A stretch of DNA of 64,000 bases, from the NCBI GenBank assembly GCA_963790545.1, contig CAWBPA010000024.1:94014-158013 (forward strand), read 5' to 3'. The notes under the pieces were generated by a model. The model searched no databases. It was not told where the DNA came from and worked only from the letters and a program-made list of their open reading frames with translations. This DNA comes from Vicinamibacterales bacterium. Lineage in GTDB: Bacteria > Acidobacteriota > Vicinamibacteria > Vicinamibacterales > JAMQPK01. Below are positions 20,865 through 31,244 of the stretch, piece by piece; position 1 is the stretch's first letter; every line of letters starts with the position of its first letter. The position numbers and the translations under genes are program-made.

Positions 20865-21353
20865 CTACATCTTGTATTTCCCAAGCTCCTCGGGATCGAG
20901 GCTCTCGAGCCACTTCTGAAGGCGATCGGTATCGGGCTTATCTGCAGAAATGTCGACCGTCTTGGCGTTGTCGATGACGGTCTCTTCCACGAAGATGGGC
21001 GCTCGAGCGCGCAGCGCCAGCGCAATCGCATCGCTCGGGCGGGCATCGATGGCAATCGTGTCGCCGCTCGTGGCCAGGTAGACCAGGGCGTAGAACGTAT
21101 TCTCCTTGAGGTCGCAGACGACGACCTTCTGCACCGAGGCCTTGAGGTCGGTGATGATGTTCTTCAGCAGATCGTGCGTCATCGGACGCGGCGTGCTGAT
21201 GTTTTCAATCTGCAGCGCAATCGCGTTGGCCTCGAAAATGCCCACCCAGATGGGCAGCACCTTCTGACCGTCCGAGTCGCGAAGAATAATGATGGGCATG
21301 TTGGTGATGGGATCGACCATCAAGCCCTTGATTGTCATCTCGATTTGCATCAC
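20865..21353 (-). CDS. bifunctional nuclease-family protein (BFN/DUF151)
   Basis: ~160 aa; length and residue pattern (ILRDSDGQKVLPIWVG..., ...IAIDARPSDAIALALR...) recall DUF151. Confidence 0.55.
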   Translation of the reverse strand: MMQIEMTIKGLMVDPITNMPIIILRDSDGQKVLPIWVGIFEANAIALQIENISTPRPMTHDLLKNIITDLKASVQKVVVCDLKENTFYALVYLATSGDTIAIDARPSDAIALALRARAPIFVEETVIDNAKTVDISADKPDTDRLQKWLESLDPEELGKYKM

Positions 21354-21375
21354 TACGCCCTGCTCTAAAACTAGG

Positions 21376-22730
21376 CCCCGACTGACAAGCTGTCAAGCGT
21401 CGTGTCGAGGACACGCTCGCCCGACAAGCTGTTGGGCCCTCCGCGCGTAATGCGCACGTGCACGAAAGCGTCCGACCGAGTCAGGCGAACCGGCGAAATT
21501 CACGACCGTATTGCCGCTCGTGCGCCCGGAGACCTCCCAGTGTCGCCGACGACTGGTGGAATCGACAAGAACTTCTTGCTCGCTCCCCACGGCGGCGGCG
21601 TGCAAATCGAGCTGGATGGCGCGCTGGCGCGCTTGCAGCTCCACGATGCGGCGCGTCTTCACGTCTTCACTCACGTCGTCCGGCATCCGCTGGTTCGCCA
21701 GGGTGTTCGGACGAGGCGAGTATTTGAACGAGAACATGCTGTGGTAGCGCACGCGCTCGACCAGCGAGATCGTGTCCGCAAAGTCCGCCTCGGTCTCGCC
21801 GGGGAACCCGACGATCATATCGGTCGAGAGCGCGATTTCCGGAAGAGTCTCCCGCAAGCTGTCCACGAGCCTGAGATAGTCATCGCGGGAGTGACGGCGA
21901 CGCATGGACGCCAGGACGCGGGTCGAGCCGGACTGAACGGGCAGATGCAAATGCCGGCAAATCTTGGGTAAGTCATGCATCGCCTGGATCAGTCGGGGCG
22001 TCACGTGGCGTGGATGCGGGCTGGCGAACCGGATTCGCCGCACGCCAGGCGTTTCATGCACGGCTTCGAGCAGCGCCGCGAAATCGCAGCCAGGATCGTC
22101 CGGCGCCTGGTAGTGATTGACGATTTGGCCGAGCAGGTGGATTTCGGGGTGCCCGGAATCGGCGGCCGCTCGCACTTCCTCGAGGATGTCCCGGCGCGGC
22201 CGCATCCGCTCATGCCCGCGCGTATACGGCACGACGCAGAACGCGCAGAACTCATTGCATCCTTCAATGATGGTGACGTACGCCTTCACCGGATCCGTCC
22301 GGCGCACGACCCCCAGAGGAAACGACACATCGTCGTAGGGGCTGATGTCGATGAACGGACCCGGAACGTCGCGTGCGCTTGCCTGCTCGATGAGCATCGG
22401 CAGTCGTTTGGCTCGCTGCGTGCCCAGCACGACGTCGACATTGGGGGCACGTTCGATGATGGCGGCCCCATCCTGCTGTGCGACACATCCGGTCACCGCG
22501 ACGACGGGTCGCGACGTCGCATCCCCGAACTCGCGCAACTCCCCCAGGCGCGTATAGAGTTTTTCTTCGGCCCTCTCACGGACGCTGCACGTGTTGATGA
22601 CGATGACGTCGGCGTCCTGTTCGTCGTGCGCGAGCTCGTATCCGGCTGACTCGAGCAGACCCGCCATTCGCTCGGAGTCGTGCACGTTCATCTGACAGCC
22701 GTACGTTTCAATGAAGTATCGTCGCGCCAT
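21376..22730 (-). CDS. miaB: tRNA-i6A37 methylthiotransferase MiaB, C-terminal frameshift near 21465
   Basis: UPF0004 N-domain YGCQMNVHDSE, radical-SAM CNEFCAFC. The TRAM-domain end (FVHVRITRGGPNSLSGERV) reads in another frame and ends at about 21376. Confidence 0.8.
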
Positions 22731-22735
22731 GGAAT

Positions 22736-24464
22736 TCAGTCTCCTATCCTAACGCTTCGTCGAGGCTGTTTCGCCTTCGCCCTTTCGCTTTCGCCTTTCG
22801 CCTTAGATTCGTTCTGCGCGAGGTGCCACATCTCCTTCGCGCTCACTCGCGCGTTCTCCGTGACGCGCGCGCCGCCGAGCATGCGCGCCAGTTCTTCTAC
22901 CGCTTCGGTGTCATCGAGCCGACTGACGCGCGTGAGGGTCCTCCCCTGCCGCACTTCCTTGCTGATGCGGTAATGAGAGCTGGCATGCGCGGCAACCTGT
23001 GCAAGATGTGTGATGCACAGTACCTGCGCGACGCCACCGAGACCGCTCAGTTTCCGACCAACGACATCCGCAACTCGTCCGCCAATGCCGGCATCCACCT
23101 CGTCGAAGATCGTGGCCCGGCCAGGTCGATCGGCCGCTGCCAGGGACTTGATGCCCAGCATGATTCGCGAGAGCTCTCCACCAGACGCAATACGCGCAAG
23201 GGGCCGCGGATCTTCGCCAGGGTTCGCCGAGAGGTAGCATTCCGCGCGGTCGATTCCGCGAGCGGTCCACCCCTGCTCGATTCCATTCGTCGCGAGTGGC
23301 GTGTCGGCTCGCTCGAGCCGGACTTCGAAAGAGGCGTGTTCCATGGCCAGCTCGGCAAGCGTCCCCTCGAGTGCGCGGGCGAAACGTGCGGCCGCCTGCG
23401 CCCTCTCGCGAGACAACGCGCGCGCGTGTCGCAGAAATTCCTCGGATGCCGCCATTGACCGCATCGGTAAGCGATCCGATGCGTTCCTCGGCGTGCTCGA
23501 ATGCCTCAATCTGAGCCACGAATGCGTCGCGCGCGGCAATGGCCTGGTCCAGCGTTGGACCGTACTTCCGTTTCAACCGCTCGAGCAGCGCCAGACGCTC
23601 TTCAATGTGTTGCAGCCGTGCAGGAGACGCATCAATGCCGGGCCGCATAGTCACGTGCAAAGAATGCGAGGTCTTCGAGCTGCCCCTTGACGGGATCCCG
23701 CAGCTCGACGAACGGCTGGAAGTGCGGCTCAATTGAGGCAAGCTCGGTGAGCTTCCGCCAGACGTGTCCGAGCTGAGGCAGCACGCCATGGTCGCTCTCG
23801 TACAGCGTCGCGTAGCGTTTCTGCGCAGAGCCGCTGCAGTCGTTCTGCACTCGCGAGCACACGCTTCGATGCGGACAGTTCGTCATCCTCGCCGGCACGG
23901 AGGGCGGCTTTCTGAAGCTCGCCAAGCCTGGAAGCGCAGCAGGTCGAGGCGAGCCGCCTTTTCACGCTCGTCGATCTGCAGGCGCGCCAGCTCGTCGCGT
24001 CGATCGCGCCAGGCGCGCGAACGCCACCGCGACGGCCGCGCGACGCTCCTCGAGGTGCGCGTACGAATCGAGCAGATCGAGGTGGCTCTCCGGGTTGAGG
24101 AGCACCTGATGTTCGTGCTGTCCGTGAAGCTCGACGAGCGATGTCGTCGTTTCTTTGAGCGCAGCCGGCCGAAACCTGGGCACCATCAACAAAGGCACGG
24201 CTGCGTCCCTGGGCGGTCACCTCGCGCCGCACGACCACGGTGCCGCCCTGCGGGGTTTCGAATACCGCCTGGACTGCGGCCTGGGACTTCGCCGGTTCGC
24301 ACCAGGTCGGACGATGCGCGGTCGCCCATCAAGAGCCCCACGGCCTCCACGAGCATCGACTTGCCGGCACCGGTTTCGCCAGTCAGCACATTGAAGCCCG
24401 GCTGGAACTCGACCTCCAGGCTTTCAATGACCGCGAGGTTCTGGATGTTGAGCTGGCGGAGCAT
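22736..24464 (-). pseudogene. recN: DNA repair protein RecN, split into at least five frame fragments
   Basis: N-terminal fragment MLRQLNIQNLAVIESLEVEF..LTGETGAGKS; middle fragments with RREVTAQGRSRAFVDGAQV and LVELHGQHEHQVLL; C-terminal ASGGELSRIMLGIK..DEVDAGIGG..QVLCITHLAQVAA..ARMLGG. These lie in different frames across 1.7 kb. Confidence 0.75.
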
Positions 24465-24513
24465 GCCGAGAAAGTGGAGAGATGAGCAAAGCCGAGAACT
24501 CCAATCCTACCAT

Positions 24514-25368
24514 ATGTTTGACAGTGGTCAGGTCACGTGCTACTCTTACCCGTTCGCGCTGTCCCAGCGGCGCTCTAGCCATGCCTCGGAGGCCCGTTTG
24601 CGCACGCTTGGATCCTTTTTCCTCGCCTTGCAGGCGCAAGGTGAGGTCACGCCTGAATCGGCGCTCGACGGAGACATTCTCGGACTCGTAAGCCGCGCGA
24701 CGCCCGTCTCGTGGGCCGTGCTCGCCATCCTGCTGCTCTTCTCGGTCACGTCTCTCGGCATCGTGCTCTACAAGTTCCTCACGTTCGGGCGAAGCGCGCG
24801 CCAGACGAAAACGTTCCTGGACGTCTTCCGGCGAAGCAGCAAGTTTTCGGAAGTGCAGGCTGTCTGCCCTTCTCTGGCCGCGAGTCCGTTGGTCGGCATG
24901 TTCCAGGCGGGCTACGCCGAGCTCAATCTTCAACTCCGACAGGGCGCCACGCACTCCGCCGCGGTCGGTGGCAGTCCGGCAGCCGTGCCGGGACGTCCAA
25001 CACTAAAGAGCCTGACAGCTGTCGATCGGGCACTCTTGCGTGCGGCAACCATCGAGGTGAACAAGCTGGAACATGGCGTGTCGTTTCTGGCGACCACGGC
25101 CAGCATCACGCCGTTCATCGGGTTGTTTGGCACGGTCTGGGGCATCATGAGCGCGTTTCAGGGCATTGCCAGCGTGGGATCGACCAATCTCGGCGTCGTC
25201 GCCCCGGGCATCGCCGAAGCGCTCGTGGCCACGGCGGCTGGATTATTCGCGGCCATTCCAGCGGTGTTCTTTTACAACCTGTTCACCCGGCGCATCAAAC
25301 TCTCTTCAGCCGAAATGGACGACTTCGCCATCGAGTTTCTGAATATCGCGGAACGGAATTTCACGTAA
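24514..25368 (+). CDS. tolQ: MotA/TolQ/ExbB proton-channel protein
   Basis: Three TM helices and the conserved ...FIGLFGTVWGIMSAF...GIAEALVATAAGLF...; the exact start is uncertain (ATG at 24514 or a downstream TTG). Confidence 0.8.
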   Translation: MFDSGQVTCYSYPFALSQRRSSHASEARLRTLGSFFLALQAQGEVTPESALDGDILGLVSRATPVSWAVLAILLLFSVTSLGIVLYKFLTFGRSARQTKTFLDVFRRSSKFSEVQAVCPSLAASPLVGMFQAGYAELNLQLRQGATHSAAVGGSPAAVPGRPTLKSLTAVDRALLRAATIEVNKLEHGVSFLATTASITPFIGLFGTVWGIMSAFQGIASVGSTNLGVVAPGIAEALVATAAGLFAAIPAVFFYNLFTRRIKLSSAEMDDFAIEFLNIAERNFT

Positions 25369-25404
25369 GCGAAGTAGATCAGTATTCTGTCTTCTGATTT
25401 TTAG

Positions 25405-25869
25405 ATGCCCACGATTCAAGCTGATCACGAGGAGAGTGGCACCGGTCGCTTGCGGCGAGGGCGGCGGGTGTCCACCTCTCTCTCCGAGATCAACGTCGTC
25501 CCTCTCGTCGATGTCATGCTCGTGCTGCTCATCATCTTCATGGTCACAGCGCCAATGATGCAGCGTGGGATCGACGTCAACCTGCCCGTTTCTCGTCGCG
25601 CCCAGCCAATCACCGACGAGCGGCTCTTCGTCACTGTGCCCCTCAGCTTCCGCAAAGATCAACGCGTCCTTCTCGGTGACGAAGCTATCAGCGTCGACGT
25701 GCTCCACGAGCGCATCAGGCAGGCGCTGTTGACACGAACCGACAAGGATGTTTTTCTGCGTGGGGATGGTGCCATTCAGGTTCAAGAACTGGTGTCGGTC
25801 ATGGATCGTCTGAAAGATGGCGGCGTCGAACACGTGGCCATCGTGTCCGATCTCCCCCGCCGCCGGTAA
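25405..25869 (+). CDS. tolR: ExbD/TolR biopolymer transport protein
   Basis: INVVPLVDVMLVLLIIFMV TM segment and periplasmic domain. Confidence 0.8.
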   Translation: MPTIQADHEESGTGRLRRGRRVSTSLSEINVVPLVDVMLVLLIIFMVTAPMMQRGIDVNLPVSRRAQPITDERLFVTVPLSFRKDQRVLLGDEAISVDVLHERIRQALLTRTDKDVFLRGDGAIQVQELVSVMDRLKDGGVEHVAIVSDLPRRR

Positions 25870-25872
25870 CGC

Positions 25873-26648
25873 ATGAACACGAGCATGGAGCCCGTCACCG
25901 AAGTTCTCCAGGCGCGGGCCCGGCCAGCCGGAGGGATGGAGAGCATGTTGATGCTCTCACTGGTGGCACACGGAGCGGTGCTGGCCGCACTCGTGCTCGT
26001 GGCGCCGTCGTGGCGCGGGACGCAGACCGCGCCGCGCGAAGTCATGCAGATTAGTCTCAGTGGCTCGGTGGGCCCGCCAGACAGGCGGGCTGACGCCCAT
26101 CGCGGGGAGACCCGTTCAGCAGGCGCTCGACACGCCCCCGCGTGCGCCGGTCCGGCCGCCGGCGGCCAGCGAACCGGAAATGACGGTGCCGGCACCAAAC
26201 GTGCGGGCAAAACCGCCCGTGCAGAACCCGGCTAACACGCGCGGCAAGACCCCGACGACCGGCCCGGAGGTCAAGACGGGGTCAGCCATCACGGAAACGG
26301 GTGCGAAGGGTGCCGGGCTTCGGGTTGTCGAGCGGCGGGGGTCAGGGCACCGGGGCTCAGTTGGACGTTGGCAATTTCTGCTGCCCGGAGTACCTCGTCA
26401 CGATGCAACAATTGATCAGGCGAAACTGGAACGAGAAGCAACCGAATGGCGGCGAGGTCATCGTGAAGTTCACGATCCAGCGTACGGGAATCATTTCAGA
26501 TATCGTGCTCGAGCGGTCGAGCGGGTACGCGGCTCTCGACCTGGAATCCCAGCGCGCGCTCTCACTCACGCGGCAGCTTCCCCCGCTGCCGGCGCAGTTT
26601 CCGGACTCCACATTGACTGTTCACCTCAGCTTTCAGTATCAACGCTAA
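25873..26648 (+). CDS. TolA/TonB-family energy transducer, two frameshifts
   Basis: TM anchor MLMLSLVAHGAVLAALVLV (frame 1), Pro/Ala-rich spacer (frame 2), then a TonB C-terminal domain ...GNFCCPEYLVTMQQLIRRNWNEKQ..VIVKFTIQRTGIISDIVLERSSGYAALDLESQRAL (frame 3). Confidence 0.7.
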
Positions 26649-26829
26649 TGATGCGGTACTTTCCCTTCTTGTCGATTGTCCCGTTGCGACAGGTCTTACT
26701 CTGGTCGCTGCACAGAATCCTCCATCGCCGGGATCGGCGCAGGCGCCAACGCCCCCTGCGCCAACGCAGAGTCAGTCCGAGATCAGCCTCATCATCAGTG
26801 CGGACGCCAGTGCGCCTCCACGGTATGCC

Positions 26830-28056
26830 GTGCCCGATTTCATCGCGTTGTCGTCCGATGCCGAGACGGTTGCGGTGGCGAAGACAATCGGTCAGGTGCT
26901 GTGGGATGACCTCGAGTTCGAGCGCGAGTTCTACATGATCCCGCGCGATACCTACCGCACCATCCCGACATCGTCTACGGTCAGCGACGTGCCGTTCGAT
27001 CGCTGGCGCGAGCTTGGTGCTGACGGACTGCTCATCGGCACCGTTCAGAAGACGGGCACCATGGTGCGCATCGAGGTCCGCTTGTACAACGTGCGGACGC
27101 GACAATCGGTTTTTGCCAAGGAATACAGCGGTGGCGCCGGAAACCCCCGGCTGTACTCGCACACGATCGCCGACGAAATCCATCACCAGCAGCGCGGCTT
27201 GCGGGGCGTGGCTCGAACGAAGCTCACCTTCTCCTCCGATCGGGACGGCGATCGCGTCGTCGGCACCGTCGAAAAACGAGAGGTCAAGGAGATTTACATC
27301 AGCGACTATGACGGCGCGAACCAGCGTCGGATCACGGTCAACCGCAATCTCAATGTCTTTCCGGTCTGGACGCCCGACGGTAGAGGCATCTTGTACACGA
27401 GCTTCCTTCGCGGGTATCCTGATCTCGTCCTGTCGCTCATTTATGAGGGCGTGAGAAGGGAGCCTGCGGCAAAACATGCGTCGGATACCAACGGCGATCG
27501 ACCTCAGAACCGACTCGGCGTCGTGTCCCCGGACGGCAAACGCATCTGTTTTTCGTCGAACCGCGACGGCAACCCCGAGCTTTACGTCATGAACATCGAC
27601 GGCACCAATGTGTTCCGGTTGACGAATCATCCGGCGGCAGACATCACGCCGACCTGGAATCCGCAGGGGACGCAGATTGCTTTCACGTCCGACCGGCGCG
27701 GGCAGCCTCAGCTCTATTTGATCGGCGCTGATGGCACCAATCTCTCGGCGCTCACGTCAGAGTCGTACGCCGATCGACCGACATGGTCGACACTGGGCAC
27801 CGAGATTGCTTATGCAGCACGGACGGGACCGGGGTTCGACATCAAGATGATCGACCTGGCAAATAAACAAGTGCGGCAACTCACATTCGGCGAAGGCTCG
27901 AACGAGAGTCCGGCTTTTGCACCAAACGGACGCCACATCGCGTTCATGTCCACTCGTGCTGGCAAGTCTCAGATTTTCAGCATCGCGCGGGACGGCAAAG
28001 ACGTAAGGCAGCTCACAAGGACGGGAAACAACACGGCACCAAACTGGTCCCAATAA
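26830..28056 (+). CDS. tolB: Tol-Pal system beta-propeller protein TolB
   Basis: TolB N-domain and six-bladed propeller repeats (DG..I.F.S.R.G...LY). A signal-peptide-like sequence (LSLLVDCPVATGLTLVAAQ) lies upstream in the same frame back to ~26650, but the ATG ATG at 26649 is in another frame. This indicates an indel or an unusual start. Confidence 0.8.
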   Translation: MPDFIALSSDAETVAVAKTIGQVLWDDLEFEREFYMIPRDTYRTIPTSSTVSDVPFDRWRELGADGLLIGTVQKTGTMVRIEVRLYNVRTRQSVFAKEYSGGAGNPRLYSHTIADEIHHQQRGLRGVARTKLTFSSDRDGDRVVGTVEKREVKEIYISDYDGANQRRITVNRNLNVFPVWTPDGRGILYTSFLRGYPDLVLSLIYEGVRREPAAKHASDTNGDRPQNRLGVVSPDGKRICFSSNRDGNPELYVMNIDGTNVFRLTNHPAADITPTWNPQGTQIAFTSDRRGQPQLYLIGADGTNLSALTSESYADRPTWSTLGTEIAYAARTGPGFDIKMIDLANKQVRQLTFGEGSNESPAFAPNGRHIAFMSTRAGKSQIFSIARDGKDVRQLTRTGNNTAPNWSQ

Positions 28057-28137
28057 CACGCGGGGCCCAGAGAGCCCACGATGCCCGGACCGATCACGAC
28101 TGATCAGGTGGCATCGCCACCATTAGAGGAATCTACT

Positions 28138-28719
28138 ATGCGAACGCGCATTTTACGACGCGGCTGGCCAGCTCTCATGCTGGCAGCGCTCACGCTCACA
28201 GCGGCCACCTGTTACAAGTCGCCGAAGCCGGTGGTGCGCCCTCCAATTCCACAACCACCGGCGTCGGCGACCACAAAGACGCCCGCGCCGCCTACACCGG
28301 TCAAGGAACCGATCCCGGTGCCACCCGAACCGGTGCTCGAGGACTCCGTGGCCTCGAAGTCTATTGACGATTTGAACCGTGACTCGCCATTACAACCTGC
28401 CTTCTTCGAATACGACAGCGCCGATCTGACACCCGATGCGCAAAAAGTGCTCGACGCCAATGCCGGGCTGCTGAAGAAATACTCAACCTGGATGATCAGC
28501 ATCGAAGGGCACACTGACGAGCGCGGCACCGCCGAATACAACCTTGCGTTGGGCGAACGCCGGGCGAGTGCTGCACGGAGCTACCTCGTGTCGCTTGGAA
28601 TTCCGGCTTCCCGGTTGAGAACCGTCAGCTACGGCAAGGAGTTCCCATTCGAGCCAGCCCACGAAGAAAGCGCCTGGTCGAAGAATCGCCGGGCGCATTT
28701 CGTCATTACCACTAAATGA
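28138..28719 (+). CDS. pal: peptidoglycan-associated lipoprotein Pal (OmpA family)
   Basis: Lipobox LTAATC, Pro-rich linker, OmpA-like domain with ...TDERGTAEYNLALGERRA...; AGAGGA upstream of the ATG at 28138. Confidence 0.85.
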   Translation: MRTRILRRGWPALMLAALTLTAATCYKSPKPVVRPPIPQPPASATTKTPAPPTPVKEPIPVPPEPVLEDSVASKSIDDLNRDSPLQPAFFEYDSADLTPDAQKVLDANAGLLKKYSTWMISIEGHTDERGTAEYNLALGERRASAARSYLVSLGIPASRLRTVSYGKEFPFEPAHEESAWSKNRRAHFVITTK

Positions 28720-29615
28720 CTGAAGTGAATGCAATGGTAACCAACGTCATCGTGCGCCGATTGTTGTTGAGCGCGCTGGTCGCGCCGCTTGCGCTCGTTT
28801 CTCCCGTGGCGGCTCAAAGCCGCACCGAGCGTCAGATCAATGCCGACATCCGCATGCTGCAGGAACACACGCAGCAACTGCAGCTCGTCATCAACACCTT
28901 GAGCGAAGCCGTCCAGGCCATCTCACAGAAGCTGGACGAGCAGACCAACATCGACCGAAAAGCGTTTGCCGATTTGAAGCTGCTCTCGGATAACATCTCC
29001 GGCGACGTCCGGATAGTCCGCGAGAAAGTGGACGAGACGAACGTCCGGCTCGGGACGATCGGGCAGGAGATCCAGGCGATTCAAACCTCGATTCAGACGC
29101 TCAAAGTTGCACCACCGCCGACGATCTTCACCGGAGAACCAGGGGCAGCCGATCCGGCGGCTGGAGCGGCGCCGCCCGACCAGGCGGCGCCGACTTCGGC
29201 CTCTACCGCTCCCCCGGCGCCTCCGGGCGTCTCGCCCACACAGACGTTCGACAGGGCGCGCGGGGATTACATGGCCGGCCAATATTCCCTGGCGGTTCAG
29301 GGCTTCGAGTCCTACATCCGGACGTTCCCGACGCTGCCGACGGCCGCGGATGCGCAGTACTACGTCGGCGAAGCGTATCGTCAGGATGGCAAGCCTAAAG
29401 AGGCGCTGGCGGCCTACGACAAGGTGATTGCCAACTATCCAACCAGCTCAGCCCTGCCGGGCGCTCGCTTCAAGCGCGGCGACGTGCTCGAAACGCTTGG
29501 ACAGGTCGACGCCGCAAAGGCGGAATACGAAATCGTGCTGAAGAATCACCCGGAGAGCTCGGAGGCCCGGTTAGCGAAGCAGCGGCTCGACCGTTTGCTG
29601 CGGCCAATCAAGTAA
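28716..29615 (+). CDS. cpoB: tol-pal system protein YbgF/CpoB (coiled-coil plus TPR)
   Basis: Signal peptide, coiled-coil N-domain, Pro/Ala linker, C-terminal TPR repeats (AQYYVGEAY..., ARFKRGDVLETLG). Confidence 0.75.
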   Translation: MTEVNAMVTNVIVRRLLLSALVAPLALVSPVAAQSRTERQINADIRMLQEHTQQLQLVINTLSEAVQAISQKLDEQTNIDRKAFADLKLLSDNISGDVRIVREKVDETNVRLGTIGQEIQAIQTSIQTLKVAPPPTIFTGEPGAADPAAGAAPPDQAAPTSASTAPPAPPGVSPTQTFDRARGDYMAGQYSLAVQGFESYIRTFPTLPTAADAQYYVGEAYRQDGKPKEALAAYDKVIANYPTSSALPGARFKRGDVLETLGQVDAAKAEYEIVLKNHPESSEARLAKQRLDRLLRPIK

Positions 29616-29639
29616 CTCAGCGTCGCGGAAGGATTGTCG

Positions 29640-30065
29640 ATGGGCAGCGTCAACAAAGTCATCCTGGTCGGAAACCTGGGCCGCGACGCGGAGCTTCGGT
29701 ACACGCCTGGTGGTGCGGCCGTCGCAACGCTCAATCTCGCCACGACCGAGGTCTGGAACGACAAAGGTGGTCAACGGCAGGAACGGACCGAGTGGCATCG
29801 CGTGGTGCTCTGGGGTAAGCCAGCCGAGTCGCTGGCCGACTACCTCACCAAGGGCAAGCAGATCTACGTCGAAGGTCGCCTCCAGACACGGCAATGGGAC
29901 GACAAGGACGGCAACAAGCGATACACCACCGAGGTGCGCAGCGACAAGATTGTGCTGCTTGGTGGAGGTGGCGGAAAAGCGGGTGCGGATCGCGGAGAAG
30001 CCATGCCACACCCGGATGCGATCAAGGAGCCGGCTGAGCTGACAGACGACGATATTCCATTCTAA
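29640..30065 (+). CDS. ssb: single-stranded DNA-binding protein
   Basis: OB-fold [37 protein letters not shown]...E.TEWHRVV.WGK and acidic tail DDDIPF. Confidence 0.9.
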   Translation: MGSVNKVILVGNLGRDAELRYTPGGAAVATLNLATTEVWNDKGGQRQERTEWHRVVLWGKPAESLADYLTKGKQIYVEGRLQTRQWDDKDGNKRYTTEVRSDKIVLLGGGGGKAGADRGEAMPHPDAIKEPAELTDDDIPF

Positions 30066-30097
30066 GCATCACTTAAGCGGATAGTTTTCGATATCAA

Positions 30098-30195
30098 GAT
30101 CCGGAGCGTAAGCGACCCTTCGACGAAGCTCAGGGTCGTCCTGAGCCTGTCGAAGGACGACGGCAGCGCGTGGGGGTGGGGCCCCACGCGGATCA
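30098..30195. repeat. ~100-nt multi-hairpin intergenic element, copy 2
   Basis: Near-identical to 6780-6885, with small changes in loops; stems are conserved or slightly lengthened. Confidence 0.8.
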
Positions 30196-30197
30196 AG

Positions 30198-30551
30198 AAA
30201 TGACCACCAAAGTCGACAAACCTTGGGGCTACGAGCTCCACTGGGCGCTCACCGATCGGTATGTCGGCAAGGTGTTGCACGTGCGCGCCGGGCACGCATC
30301 TGAGTCTTCAGTATCACAACCGTAAGGACGAAACGATTCTCCTGTGGTCGGGCAAGATTCTGATGGAGGTTCAGGAGGGCGACAGTCTGGTCAAGCGCGA
30401 GATGCAGCCCGGCGATCGGCTGCATATCACGCCAGGCACGATCCACCGTATGACCGCCATCGAAGACAGCGACATCATGGAGGTCTCAACACCGGAACTC
30501 GACGATGTGGTGAGACTCGAAGATCGCTACGGACGGGTGGAGAAGATTTAG
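30198..30551 (+). CDS. cupin-domain protein, frameshift near 30290
   Basis: MTTKVDKPWGYELHWALTDRYVGKVLHVRAG... in one frame, continuing ...SLQYHNRKDETILLWSGKILMEVQEGD...PGDRLHITPGTIHRM in the next (the two conserved cupin motifs). Confidence 0.65.
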
Positions 30552-30680
30552 CGATTCGTGATTTCTGATTCGTGATATAGAACTCAAGCCTACCTATCAG
30601 CGTTGTCGCCGCCAGGCCGACGCTGGCCCGCCCGAACGAACGTTGACAATGCCGGATTCCTGGATGTAGCGTCACCTCGC

Positions 30681-31244
30681 ATGCTCCTCTACGGGGCCAT
30701 CGCGGCCTTCGGTTTCCTGTTTCTCCTGATCATGCTTCTTGTCGGAGAATTCGTTGGTGCCGACCACGACGTCGGTGCGCATGACGTGTTGGTGGAACAT
30801 GGGGATGCCGATCATGGCGGTGGCCCGAGCGTCTTCAGTGTGCGGATCATGGCAGCATTTCTGACGGCATTTGGGGTGGGAGGCCTGGTCGCCCGCTATT
30901 ACAACCTCTCGCACCCGGCCGCATCAGGAGTGGGGGTCGCCTCAGGCATCGTGTTCGCCGGCGTCGTGTACCAATTCGCGAAGTTTCTGTATTCGCAGCA
31001 GGCCTCCAGCGAAGTGCGGATGACCAGTCTCGTCGGCAAGTCTGCCCGCGTCTCTGTTGCCATCCCGCAGGGCGGACTCGGACAGATCACCCTGACGTTT
31101 GCTGGAGAGCGAAGTGAACACATCGCCCGAGCAGCGGATGGGCAGGCGGTGCCCAGAGGCGCGGAAGTCGTGATCACGAACCTGCAAGGCGATTCGGTGG
31201 TGGTTGCGCCAGCAAGCGAGGCTTCGCGCGGAGGTGCCAGGTGA
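30681..31244 (+). CDS. NfeD-family membrane protein (flotillin-associated, OB-fold C-terminus)
   Basis: Hydrophobic N-terminal segments followed by a beta-rich C-terminal domain; 4-nt overlap with the downstream flotillin gene. The ORF caller starts at 30603. Confidence 0.65.
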   Translation: MLLYGAIAAFGFLFLLIMLLVGEFVGADHDVGAHDVLVEHGDADHGGGPSVFSVRIMAAFLTAFGVGGLVARYYNLSHPAASGVGVASGIVFAGVVYQFAKFLYSQQASSEVRMTSLVGKSARVSVAIPQGGLGQITLTFAGERSEHIARAADGQAVPRGAEVVITNLQGDSVVVAPASEASRGGAR

